A DNA stretch of 64,000 nt from a virus, in IMG/VR virus record IMGVR_UViG_3300006931_000001, positions 53,395 through 117,394 of that record; one strand, written 5' to 3'. Below, one piece after another: positions 30,696 to 39,834 of the stretch. Positions within the stretch are counted from its first letter, which is position 1. Each line of letters opens with the position of its first letter. The notes below the pieces were generated by a model. It searched no databases. It had not been told where the DNA came from and worked only from the letters and a program-made list of their open reading frames with translations. The position numbers and the translations under genes were made by a program.

Positions 30696-31163
30696 ATGGC
30701 CAAGGTTCAGATTTCACCAGAACTCGCTCAGATTCTTCTCGCTCTTGCCAAGGATGGACTCAGCAAGGAACAGCTCAAGCTCCTTAAGGCTGCAGCCAAG
30801 GCCAAGGCGTCGTCTGACGACGATGATGACGATGATGACGATGATGATGACGATGATGACGACGATGATGATGATGATGACGATGATGATGACGACGACG
30901 ATGACGATGATGATGACGATGATGATGATGACGACGATGATGACGACGATGATGACGATGATGATGATGATGACGACGATGATGATGACGATGATGATGA
31001 CGACGACGACGAACCGAAGGTGAAGGTTAAGAAGCGTGGACCAGGTCGTCCGCCTGGCAGCGGTAAGAAGGCCGCTGGCAAGCGTGGACCAGGTCGTCCG
31101 CCTGGTTCCGGAAAGAAGCGTGGACCTGGACGTCCGCCAGGCTCCAAGAACAAAAAGAAGTAG
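30696..31163 (+). CDS. HMGA-like protein: poly-Asp tract plus three AT-hook-like repeats
   Basis: 40-aa helical N-terminus, 65 consecutive Asp, 3x KRGPGRPPGS; AAAGGA RBS. Confidence 0.75.
   Translation: MAKVQISPELAQILLALAKDGLSKEQLKLLKAAAKAKASSDDDDDDDDDDDDDDDDDDDDDDDDDDDDDDDDDDDDDDDDDDDDDDDDDDDDDDDDDDDDDDDDDEPKVKVKKRGPGRPPGSGKKAAGKRGPGRPPGSGKKRGPGRPPGSKNKKK
30816..31010 (+). repeat. (GAY)65 trinucleotide tract encoding poly-Asp
   Basis: Uninterrupted mix of GAT and GAC codons. Confidence 0.95.
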
Positions 31164-31262
31164 CCTCACGTAGGCTACGAGCATTCTCCTAAAATCGGAG
31201 AGTAGGTACTTGCGGTGAAGTAATGGCAGATGTGAATAATTTCCTTCTGCCGTTACTTGTTT

Positions 31263-31343
31263 GCGCGAATGGTGGAACGGTAGACACGGCAGACTTAAAA
31301 TCTGTTGCCTCACGGCGTACGAGTTCGAGTCTCGTTTCGCGCA
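31263..31343 (+). tRNA. tRNA-Leu(UAA)
   Basis: Acceptor GCGCGAA/TTCGCGC, D-arm TGGTGGAACGGTAGACAC, anticodon arm GCAGA-CT-TAA-AA-TCTGT, long variable arm, GTTCGAGT T-loop; CCA not encoded. Confidence 0.93.
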
Positions 31344-31350
31344 CGGTTTA

Positions 31351-31422
31351 GGATCTGTAGCTCAATGGTAGAGCGTGCGTCTCATAAACGCTTGGCCGCT
31401 GGTTCGATCCCAGCCAGATCCA
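31351..31422 (+). tRNA. tRNA with CAU anticodon, probably tRNA-Ile2 (lysidine); elongator Met not excluded
   Basis: Acceptor GGATCTG/CAGATCC, TAGCTCAATGGTAGAGC, loop CTCATAA, GGTTCGATCC; G1-C72 pair argues against initiator; 3' half resembles bacterial Ile2 tRNAs. Confidence 0.88.
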
Positions 31423-31442
31423 CGTAAATGTGAAAGGATATT

Positions 31443-31658
31443 ATGTATAATATGTATTTAAGATTCTGTATTTGCATCAGTGCACAACAGCAATATGAAT
31501 GTGCACGCTGTCAGCGAACATTTTGTATGTCATGTGACAGACCATCGGAACGTAAAGAGACTAAAACTGTTGTTCGTTATTGTCCCGACTGGAGATGCCA
31601 ACGTGAGAAACAAATTGAAGAAGGTTTGCTCACAGTAACTCCAAAGAAAAAATCATGA
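31443..31658 (+). CDS. Cys-rich zinc-finger-like protein
   Basis: CICI..CARC..CMSC..CPDWRC; AAAGGA RBS. Confidence 0.55.
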   Translation: MYNMYLRFCICISAQQQYECARCQRTFCMSCDRPSERKETKTVVRYCPDWRCQREKQIEEGLLTVTPKKKS

Positions 31659-31852
31659 ATATCCTGACACTCATTGGAATAATTTACACAGCAGTTGGTT
31701 TGGTACACGTTGGTTATTGGCGGTTTCAAGGAATAATCGGTGGTTCAGATATCTGTTCTGATGATGTTATTGACATTGTGTTCGCACTTTGTTTCTGGCC
31801 GCTCGCTGACATAATTCTTCTGTGGTTATTATTAAAAAGGAAGAGTAATTAA
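31655..31852 (+). CDS. Small membrane protein
   Basis: Two hydrophobic segments with WP motif. Confidence 0.5.
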   Translation: MNILTLIGIIYTAVGLVHVGYWRFQGIIGGSDICSDDVIDIVFALCFWPLADIILLWLLLKRKSN

Positions 31853-31855
31853 TCC

Positions 31856-34123
31856 ATGCGTGCTCCTGTAACATTCGTAGACACGCCTAAAAAAGCCCGC
31901 ACGGCGATGGATAGGTGGTACAGAGAAGCGCGAAAGTTGCCAACGGCATCAGATACTGAATTCGAGAGTGATGGCTCGATGACATTGATGTCGCTATCGT
32001 GGGATAGCTACAAGGTTAGAATCGTTGTAGAAGGCTACTTAGTGAAGGATTTTTTTGGTGAGCATCTAACCGATCCTAAAACTAAGTTAGTGTTTCAGAA
32101 TTATGATGCAGATGCACGTACGTTTCGATCAGAACGTATGAACCTCGATGCAGCTTTTCACGCTGATACGCTTGTGCTCGGATGGCTGCATGATGAAACA
32201 TTGAGGAACCATGGATTGAAGCCTCAATCCATGCATTTTCTTCACTGGCCTCGGAAAGAATACCAAAATTTATTTGCCTACGTTCCTGTAGGTAAACGCA
32301 AGCCTGTGATCTTGTCTCCTGCAGAATGTATGTACAAGTTGCCGCAAGAGGCTCTCGATGCAGGCGCAGATCAGGAAGTGCTTCGTGAGTTGATGATCAA
32401 CTACAACGGAGATGATAGCGCCAGCACAGTAGCGCTATACTGGAAGCATCGGCGGTACCTGACAGAGATCGGCTACTGGAAAAATTACCTGGAAATTGAT
32501 CGGCCGTTCACGTTGACGTTGATGCAGTGCCAGGATCGCGGCGTGCTGATTGACCTGACACGCATCGCGACCATCCGTCGTCTGGTCGGTCAGCGCATCA
32601 TGCGCAGCGTACACGCGTTCCGAGCGCTCTCAGGCAAGCCTGACATCAACCTGAACAGCGGTCCGCAGCTTCACAAGCTCCTGATCGAAGAGCTTGAATG
32701 GCCGATAAAAACCATGGTGGATCCTCGCACTGGAAAAACCGTACTGGATCCGATGGCCATGACCAAAGGTGGTAAGACCTCAAAGCCGCGGCCTAAGCTC
32801 GGTGCAGAATCTTTACATTGGTGGGCAGAAGAACATGGCTTTCCACTTGCACAAATTAAACTAAATTATAATCGCGAGGTCACCAAAGAACGTACCTTCC
32901 TGAAAGGTATCATTCATGGTGTAAGCGATGACGGCCGATTACGTTCACGATTTAATCAGATAGGTGCAGATACTGGCCGCATCAGTAGTCGCAAGCAAGA
33001 CAAGAAAATTGTCATTACCTTCACCAACCGTCGCGGTGAAGTAAAGCTCAAAGAAAAGAAGGTTAAGGTCGGTGCTAATCTTCAGAATATTCCATCGCGT
33101 AAGGAAAAAGACCCCGATGGTATTCGTGGTGCTTTTATCGCTCCAAGTGAGCATCGTATCACAGCACGTGGCTTTGTTGCTCGTGAGCTCTTTAACCTGG
33201 TAGTAGCTGACTACTCTGGTTTTGAGCTCTGCATGATGATCTACTGGACATATGCCATTAGAACGAAAAATAAGCGTATGCTCGGTATCATGCAGAAGTA
33301 CAAAAGTCCGTCTGCATGTCATGCGTTTACTGCTATTAACATGTACGCTCCATCTACATGTAGAGTAGAAACACCACAGGCAGAAAAAGCCGCTAAGTTA
33401 GGTTTCAAGCTCAAAGCTGGACGTTTAGAGAAACTTGGCGATATTCCAATGGACCATTGGAAATTAGCTAAAATTCTTTTTCCAGATCAATACACGCTAA
33501 GTAAGAACAATAATTTCAACCTGCTCTATGGTGGTAGCGCGCAGATGATGGCGCGCTTACGTGGTTTGAATTATCGTGACCGCAAAGTGTTGCGAGAGTG
33601 TGAGCAGCAAATGGAAGCGTGGAACGACACGTATCCAGAAGTCGTAGAATATCAACATTACATGGTACAGCATGGTTACGAACATGGTTGGGTACCTACG
33701 ATTTCTGGTCGTAGAGCTAATGTTCGTGACTTGCTGGAAGATGAGTCACAGAAAGGTCACGGTGAGCGTAAATGCATGAATACACCGTGCCAAGGCTCAG
33801 CGGCTGATATTGTCAAAGTAGCAATGAATCTCATCGAAAATGATGAGGAGTTAAATAGCTACACTACTAAGGCAAAAGTCGAGAGTCGTAAATCACGTCA
33901 ATTTCGTGATGCGCTCAAAAAAGCTGAGCTCGCGCTAGTGCCAGCTGTATCATTGTTGTTTCCTGTCCACGATGAAATCATCGTGGAAGCTCCTGTAAGG
34001 ATTATAGACCCCGTGACTCAACGTGTGGTCTATTGCATGAAACAGCCATTTAAGGAAAAATTACCGTTCGAGCTAGACGTCGAAGCCAAAGCTGCGTTTG
34101 ATTGGTTGTCTGCCAAAGGATAA
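31856..34123 (+). CDS. Family A DNA polymerase with 3'-5' exonuclease domain
   Basis: Exo DTE / NYDAD / YNGDD; TGRISS, NLQNIP, motif A ADYSGFEL, motif B KNNNFNLLYG, NTPCQGSAAD, motif C VHDEI. Confidence 0.95.
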   Translation: MRAPVTFVDTPKKARTAMDRWYREARKLPTASDTEFESDGSMTLMSLSWDSYKVRIVVEGYLVKDFFGEHLTDPKTKLVFQNYDADARTFRSERMNLDAAFHADTLVLGWLHDETLRNHGLKPQSMHFLHWPRKEYQNLFAYVPVGKRKPVILSPAECMYKLPQEALDAGADQEVLRELMINYNGDDSASTVALYWKHRRYLTEIGYWKNYLEIDRPFTLTLMQCQDRGVLIDLTRIATIRRLVGQRIMRSVHAFRALSGKPDINLNSGPQLHKLLIEELEWPIKTMVDPRTGKTVLDPMAMTKGGKTSKPRPKLGAESLHWWAEEHGFPLAQIKLNYNREVTKERTFLKGIIHGVSDDGRLRSRFNQIGADTGRISSRKQDKKIVITFTNRRGEVKLKEKKVKVGANLQNIPSRKEKDPDGIRGAFIAPSEHRITARGFVARELFNLVVADYSGFELCMMIYWTYAIRTKNKRMLGIMQKYKSPSACHAFTAINMYAPSTCRVETPQAEKAAKLGFKLKAGRLEKLGDIPMDHWKLAKILFPDQYTLSKNNNFNLLYGGSAQMMARLRGLNYRDRKVLRECEQQMEAWNDTYPEVVEYQHYMVQHGYEHGWVPTISGRRANVRDLLEDESQKGHGERKCMNTPCQGSAADIVKVAMNLIENDEELNSYTTKAKVESRKSRQFRDALKKAELALVPAVSLLFPVHDEIIVEAPVRIIDPVTQRVVYCMKQPFKEKLPFELDVEAKAAFDWLSAKG

Positions 34124-34127
34124 AATC

Positions 34128-34475
34128 ATGTACATTTGCGATTTTTGTAGTGTTTGTCAAAATCCTCGTACGACTGCAATTAAGGTGGTTACTCAAGTAA
34201 GGACATATGATTTGAAGGATCGTTTGGGTTATGATATTACACAAGAGATTAATGCGTGTTTTCAGTGCGCTGTGCGTGCATCGCAACTCAGGCCAGAAGC
34301 TGTTAAGGCACGTAGTACGATTATGCTGAATACTTTGCGTATGCAGTTGGTGAGCCTCGGCCTGTCACAACCGGATCCTGATATTCTGCCAGATTGGCAG
34401 GTGGAATTAGCCTTGCGAGATATGTTGCGTAAGCCAAATCCACAGCCGATGCCGCTTGCTCAGTTGTTTGCTTAA
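34128..34475 (+). CDS. Zinc-binding hypothetical protein
   Basis: MYICDFC...ACFQC; AAGGA RBS. Confidence 0.55.
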   Translation: MYICDFCSVCQNPRTTAIKVVTQVRTYDLKDRLGYDITQEINACFQCAVRASQLRPEAVKARSTIMLNTLRMQLVSLGLSQPDPDILPDWQVELALRDMLRKPNPQPMPLAQLFA

Positions 34476-34491
34476 TTTACGAATAAGGATA

Positions 34492-34773
34492 ATGATTATG
34501 GATGATATCAATGACAACAAGCACGAGAGTAGAGCCGTGAGTGACAAGCGAGTTGATTATGTACCACGTGGATTTCATGACATATATTATTGTCATGTAG
34601 TTAATGAGCCCGAAATTCTCTAATATCGTGATAATTTGCCTATATGTCTTCACTGTGGTGAAAATCCCGTCGAGAGTGAACACAAGGACGGACTTCACAC
34701 ATTCATATGCCATATCCATAAAACACCAAATTATGGACCATGGATTATAGACGACGTTGCCAAAAATAGTTGA
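34492..34773 (+). pseudogene. Small Cys/His ORF interrupted by in-frame TAA (34621-34623)
   Basis: MIMDDIND...YYCHVVNEPEIL*YRDNLPICLHCGENP...KNS* in one frame; AAGGA RBS. Confidence 0.45.
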
Positions 34774-34788
34774 AGAAAGAAAAAGATC

Positions 34789-37089
34789 ATGAAGATCACT
34801 GCATGCAAGCTTGGCAAATATTTTCTTGTTCATCAAACCATGTCTACCACTGAGGCATTGCCTTATTCAAATAAACGCGCTGTGAATCACGTTGTGGTAC
34901 TTGATTGTAGTGGGAGTATGACTTGTGATCTTCCAAAATTGCGAGAGAATCTCAAGGCTCGCTTGCCGCAACTCATCGGTGAAGATGATACGCTTTCTCT
35001 CGTGTGGTTCAGTGGACGTTCTGAATTTGGTGTTATTGTCGAAGCTTTGAAAGTCAGCACTCTGAAAGATTTGGCGTCTGTCAATAAGATTATTGACCGC
35101 TGGCTGCGACCGATCGGCATGACTGGATTTGTCGAGCCTATTGCAGAAGTTTCGAAATTGATCGAGCGTGTCAAAAAGAATAATACCAACGTATTTTCTT
35201 TGTTTTTCATGAGTGATGGTTGTGACAATCAATTTTCACAATCGCAAATTCTAAGCGAGTTGACCAAATTGGATGGTCAGTTAGCGAGCGCCACGTTTGT
35301 GGAATATGGCTACTATGCTGATCGTCAACTGCTGTCCAAAATGGCGGAAACGGTTGGCGGTACACATATCCATTCAGATAGTTTTGAATCATATGAACCT
35401 GTATTTACCAAGGCTCTGTCTCAGACAGGTCTTTCACCTGTCAAGCAAATTACTGTGGAATTACAAGCTCAACCTATTGGTGATTTTGTATTCTACATAC
35501 ATAATAATGAAGTAATCACACATAGTGCGAAAGAATCACGTGCCACGATTAACGATGGTACTCAAGACATATTTTATGTGTGTAGTGAGATCATGCATGC
35601 TGGCGTTGGTGTTAGTGATTCATCACTGTATGCAGCATTAGGTTTATATGCTGTACGCATGAAATCAGACGTAGTTATGGAAATTCTTCGATACACAGGA
35701 GATGTAAAATTCATTGATATGTTTGCCTCTTGTTTTGGCAAACAAAAATATAGTGAATTTGTCAAGGCAGTTTACGCTGCAGCATTTTCGCCTGATTGTC
35801 GATATACACAAGGTCAAGACTACAATCGTGTACCCGCAGATAATGCGACCACACTATTGGATGTTTTAGATATTTTGGTGAAGAGCGATGCTTATGTCTT
35901 GCTCGATCATCCTGCATTTCAGTATAATCGTATTTCACGTGGCACATTAAGTGCAGATGAGAATCTGTCAGCTGCAGAGCAAGACACTATCCGTGACATC
36001 CAAGCCAAGATGTCAACGGAAAAGAACGCAAAGAAACTGAAGGCATATCAGGCTCAAATTGACGATATTCTAAACACCAAAAAAGATGCCTTGGTATTTG
36101 AGCCAAAAGCAATGCCTGGCGGTTACAGCATTTCCAGCCTTACCTACAATGAAGAACGTCCCAATGTTTCTATTCTTGTGAGAAAGGCTGGTACTGTAAA
36201 TCTGTCATCTCGTGCTGATACTGCACCAACCGGCAGTCCTGCATTTATGAGTTTGATGAAATCAGAAGGTGCAGTAATTCACACCTTCATTTATCGTAAT
36301 TATGCCATCATCAAAGATGGTCTGGTCAACGTTGATAAATTGCCCGTGCGAGTAGATCAGACAACACAATTGATGCTTACGGCATCTGGCGTAAAGATGG
36401 AGCCACTGTTTTCAGAAAAAGCCGATGAGTGGTTACTGGATTTCAAAAATTTGCCAATTGTTAATCGCAAAATGGTCAAAGATGTATCTGCCGAGGAAAT
36501 GGCCAAACTGGAATTTAGTCTGATCAAGGCACAAGCTCGTGCCAAGGTGATAAAGCACATTAGGAACGAGCGTTATCCTGATGTGAAAATTGAAGGTTGG
36601 AAGAGTGTGTATGGTGACGAAGCCACACACTGGCTAGCAGAGCAAGGTCTGACAGAATACAAAGGATATTCGCCAAAGACAGTACAAGCACCGGCCAAGG
36701 ATGTGTACAGAGGCAAAGCTCTTGAAGTCAAGCTTGCCGGGTATTCTGCACTGCCACCTGTCGATAAAGTCAGAGAAATGCTTCGTGATAGTAAAGCACT
36801 CAACGGTCCAAGCACGTTGATGGCAGAAGCAATCAAAGATGTTGAAACTTGGCTGTTCAAAAATCCTGAAAAGCTTCACAAGAATTGGCTTACTGAATTG
36901 GAGAAAGTCGAAGTGTCCAACGTGCGTAGCCTACAATTTCAGGCTGCACTAATTCGTTTCAGCATTATTGTTGGTCAGACCTGGTTCCAAGAGTTTTCTT
37001 CGCTTGAAGAGAATACGTATTCTTGTGTATGCGATAAAACAAAAGTGAAAGCAACATTTGTGTTGAGTGAAGTAGATATTCCGATCTGA
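34789..37089 (+). CDS. Large vWA-domain protein
   Basis: MIDAS LDCSGSM, GMTGF, FMSDG at N-terminus; 766 aa. Confidence 0.8.
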   Translation: MKITACKLGKYFLVHQTMSTTEALPYSNKRAVNHVVVLDCSGSMTCDLPKLRENLKARLPQLIGEDDTLSLVWFSGRSEFGVIVEALKVSTLKDLASVNKIIDRWLRPIGMTGFVEPIAEVSKLIERVKKNNTNVFSLFFMSDGCDNQFSQSQILSELTKLDGQLASATFVEYGYYADRQLLSKMAETVGGTHIHSDSFESYEPVFTKALSQTGLSPVKQITVELQAQPIGDFVFYIHNNEVITHSAKESRATINDGTQDIFYVCSEIMHAGVGVSDSSLYAALGLYAVRMKSDVVMEILRYTGDVKFIDMFASCFGKQKYSEFVKAVYAAAFSPDCRYTQGQDYNRVPADNATTLLDVLDILVKSDAYVLLDHPAFQYNRISRGTLSADENLSAAEQDTIRDIQAKMSTEKNAKKLKAYQAQIDDILNTKKDALVFEPKAMPGGYSISSLTYNEERPNVSILVRKAGTVNLSSRADTAPTGSPAFMSLMKSEGAVIHTFIYRNYAIIKDGLVNVDKLPVRVDQTTQLMLTASGVKMEPLFSEKADEWLLDFKNLPIVNRKMVKDVSAEEMAKLEFSLIKAQARAKVIKHIRNERYPDVKIEGWKSVYGDEATHWLAEQGLTEYKGYSPKTVQAPAKDVYRGKALEVKLAGYSALPPVDKVREMLRDSKALNGPSTLMAEAIKDVETWLFKNPEKLHKNWLTELEKVEVSNVRSLQFQAALIRFSIIVGQTWFQEFSSLEENTYSCVCDKTKVKATFVLSEVDIPI

Positions 37090-37097
37090 AAAATACT

Positions 37098-37310
37098 ATG
37101 CTAACTGAGAGACATAGCGACATCCTGAAAAAGCTAGTATTGGATTTGCACGCTAATAATGAAATCACTGTAATGGCTTGTGATACATTATTAGCAACAA
37201 TTCATCAACTTACATTTCAAAAAGAACATGAACAGTGGTTGTGGGATTTTCTTCTGCGCAGTGATGACAATTTAGCTACGCAACTGCTTAAGCAGTTGCT
37301 TAAACAGTGA
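37098..37310 (+). CDS. Hypothetical protein
   Basis: 70 aa in operon. Confidence 0.45.
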   Translation: MLTERHSDILKKLVLDLHANNEITVMACDTLLATIHQLTFQKEHEQWLWDFLLRSDDNLATQLLKQLLKQ

Positions 37311-37311
37311 G

Positions 37312-37791
37312 ATGAGTAAACGACGCAAGAAATTTTTTGCTACACGTGAGTGTGCAGCTATCATAGCGCGTCACCCTACCACAGGTAAGGAAATCATAGT
37401 TAATTACCAAAAAGACGCAATGATAGGACCAAATATCGATGAAGAATTAACACGATTTCCTGGTCTGTTAGCGTGGTGGTTGCAACTACGTGACATCGCC
37501 AAAGATGATCTAGACGATGCACGACACAGAGAACATAATATTGAGGAAGATCTCGGCATCAAAATCCGAGACATGACGGAAAAACGAGGTGAACGGCCGA
37601 CAGAAACTTTGATTAAGACTCGAGTTCGTGCACATCCTAAAATGCGCTCAGCCTTTCGTAAGCGCATGTTGGCTGAGCGCAGATGGCGACAGCTCAATTC
37701 AGCTGTCGAAGCAATGATTGAAAAAAAATGGGCGATGCGTTCTATGATAGAACATAAACGCATCGATTTTGTATCTAAAGACTCCTACTAG
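37312..37791 (+). CDS. UvsY-like recombination mediator (putative)
   Basis: Helical protein IDEEL...AWW...PTETLIKTRV...VEAMIEKKWAM directly upstream of SSB and RecA. Confidence 0.5.
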   Translation: MSKRRKKFFATRECAAIIARHPTTGKEIIVNYQKDAMIGPNIDEELTRFPGLLAWWLQLRDIAKDDLDDARHREHNIEEDLGIKIRDMTEKRGERPTETLIKTRVRAHPKMRSAFRKRMLAERRWRQLNSAVEAMIEKKWAMRSMIEHKRIDFVSKDSY

Positions 37792-37801
37792 GAAAAGACA
37801 C

Positions 37802-38830
37802 ATGAAGATAAACAAAGGCAGAAAAGTCAAACGTCATTCTGACAAGAGTGAAGATGACGATGATGACTTAGCAAACATGCGTGAGAAGTATCGGAAGTAT
37901 CAGGCACGTGAGGAGGGAGGTGGTGGAGATCGTGGTGATTTCGATGTCTTGAAAGAAGGCAGTAATAATCGACGATTTTTGCCTATTAAAGGCACAAGAG
38001 AATTCTATTTTGAAGCGCCTGTTCACTGGAGTGTTGGACCGACAGCTCAGAAGGTGCGATGTATTGGTGCTTTCAATGAGAAAGGCTATATTCTCCCTAC
38101 CACGAAATGTCCTGTTTGTCGACGGTTTTTGGTAGAGCAGCAGAAAGTTAATAAGAAGTATAAGAGAGGTACAGAGGAAGGTAAGAAAGCGTATTTCGAG
38201 GTCAAGAATGCTTACCATCCTAAAGTGCGTTATTTCAGTAACGTTCTGAATGAGGAAGGCGAAGTTAAGATCTTAGAGTACGGAGAACAGATTTTTGGTC
38301 AGTTGCTTAGTCACTGGTTCGAAGATGGCTCCAAGGTCGGTGATTTTACGGATATTCATGATGGCAGGTGGATGAATATCCGTAAGATTATCCCAAAAGG
38401 AAATACGAACAAGACTAACTATAAAGTCCAGCCTGATGATGAAACATCAGAAGTCGAAGATTGGAAAAAGATTCGTAAGCAGTTGCACGATCTCAACAAA
38501 GCAGCAGGTGAGCTGACAAAGCCAAAGGAGATCAAAGCCATGCTAGATGGTGATGACTTGGATGACGATGACAATGATGACGATGACAATGATGACGAAA
38601 GTGATGATACAAGCGAAGACGATGATGAGAGTGACGACGATGATGAGAGTGACGACGATGATGAGAGTGACGACGATGATAGCGATAGTGGTAGTAATGA
38701 TGATGACGACGATGATGAAGAAGACGACGATGATGAAGAAGACGACGATAATGATGATGATACTGATGATGACGATGAAGATGATGAGCCTGTGAAACGT
38801 AAGAAATCCAAAAAGCATCGTCGTCATTAA
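37802..38830 (+). CDS. Single-stranded DNA-binding protein (gp32-like) with very long acidic tail
   Basis: [13 protein letters not shown]...C...CPVC zinc site, [20 protein letters not shown]; Asp/Glu tail; upstream of RecA. Confidence 0.7.
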   Translation: MKINKGRKVKRHSDKSEDDDDDLANMREKYRKYQAREEGGGGDRGDFDVLKEGSNNRRFLPIKGTREFYFEAPVHWSVGPTAQKVRCIGAFNEKGYILPTTKCPVCRRFLVEQQKVNKKYKRGTEEGKKAYFEVKNAYHPKVRYFSNVLNEEGEVKILEYGEQIFGQLLSHWFEDGSKVGDFTDIHDGRWMNIRKIIPKGNTNKTNYKVQPDDETSEVEDWKKIRKQLHDLNKAAGELTKPKEIKAMLDGDDLDDDDNDDDDNDDESDDTSEDDDESDDDDESDDDDESDDDDSDSGSNDDDDDDEEDDDDEEDDDNDDDTDDDDEDDEPVKRKKSKKHRRH

Positions 38831-39834
38831 TGCGTAAGAAAAAAGCACCTAAAATTATATACAAAGATACTGGAATTTACGCACAAGACGATAATCATAT
38901 TGTGCGTATATCCAAAAAAGAACGAAAGAAAATTGAGGCCAATCTCGCAAAAGAAGTTGCGAGGCTTCACAAGAAATATGGCGCAGAGAGCATCGTACCC
39001 GTTGTAGGCAAGCGAGGCGTTAAGGTAGATACATTTTCTACTCTAATGCCAGAGCTCAATGATTTATTAACAGGAGAATCTGACGACGATAACAACACCA
39101 TTGCCGGCTCTGGTACCGGCATGCCTAAAGGTCGGATCATCGAAATCTACGGCCCAGAATCGTCAGGAAAAACAACGCTCACACTTCACCTTATTGCAGC
39201 TGCACAGCGACAAGGTGGAGTGTGCGCGTTTATTGACGCTGAACACGCGCTAGATACGGCATATGCGGCGAAGCTACACGTCAAGCTACGACGACTCTTG
39301 CTTAGCCAGCCTGATTCAGGTGAACAGGCTGGTGATATTCTGAAAGACATGGTCAAGAGCGGTGTCTACACCTTGATCGTCGTCGACTCTGTAGCGGCGC
39401 TCGTACCGCAAGCGGAGTTTCTCAGCAAGAAATCTGACGGTGAGCGACGCACAGGTGAGACAGTGATGGGTGGTCAGGCTCGGTTGATGAGTCAGCTACT
39501 TCGTAGATTGACACGCCTATGTGCCAAGAGTGGAACCACTGTAATATTCACCAATCAAATTCGTATGAAGATTGGTGTTATGTGGGGAAACCCTGAAACC
39601 ACTCCAGGTGGCAATGCGCTGAAATTCTATGCATCGATACGGCTCGATGTGCGAAAGGTCAAGACACTCAAAAAAGGCACAAGCGTCACAGGCCATCGTG
39701 CACGTATCAAGTGTGTAAAGAATAAAGTTGCGCCTCCATTTAGAGAACTTTACGGAGATATTAAGCCAAATCGCGGTATCGTGCAGCTCTACGCAGATCC
39801 ACATTTTGGCAAGAAAGGAGCCACTGATGATTGA
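38830..39834 (+). CDS. recA: RecA recombinase
   Basis: [86 protein letters not shown]. Confidence 0.96.
   Translation: MRKKKAPKIIYKDTGIYAQDDNHIVRISKKERKKIEANLAKEVARLHKKYGAESIVPVVGKRGVKVDTFSTLMPELNDLLTGESDDDNNTIAGSGTGMPKGRIIEIYGPESSGKTTLTLHLIAAAQRQGGVCAFIDAEHALDTAYAAKLHVKLRRLLLSQPDSGEQAGDILKDMVKSGVYTLIVVDSVAALVPQAEFLSKKSDGERRTGETVMGGQARLMSQLLRRLTRLCAKSGTTVIFTNQIRMKIGVMWGNPETTPGGNALKFYASIRLDVRKVKTLKKGTSVTGHRARIKCVKNKVAPPFRELYGDIKPNRGIVQLYADPHFGKKGATDD

Noticed and set aside
30816-31150. Possible CRISPR array or DNA-level repeat element
   Set aside because: Repeats are codon-level (poly-Asp, KRGPGRPPGS) without unique spacers; no cas genes seen.
30714-31313. Minus-strand poly-Ser and Ile/Val-rich ORFs and the plus-strand Met/Thr ORF over the GAY tract (also at 27948-28670 and 38419-38864)
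   Set aside because: Shadow frames of Asp-rich coding sequence; the + strand acidic frames have RBSs and fit the operons.
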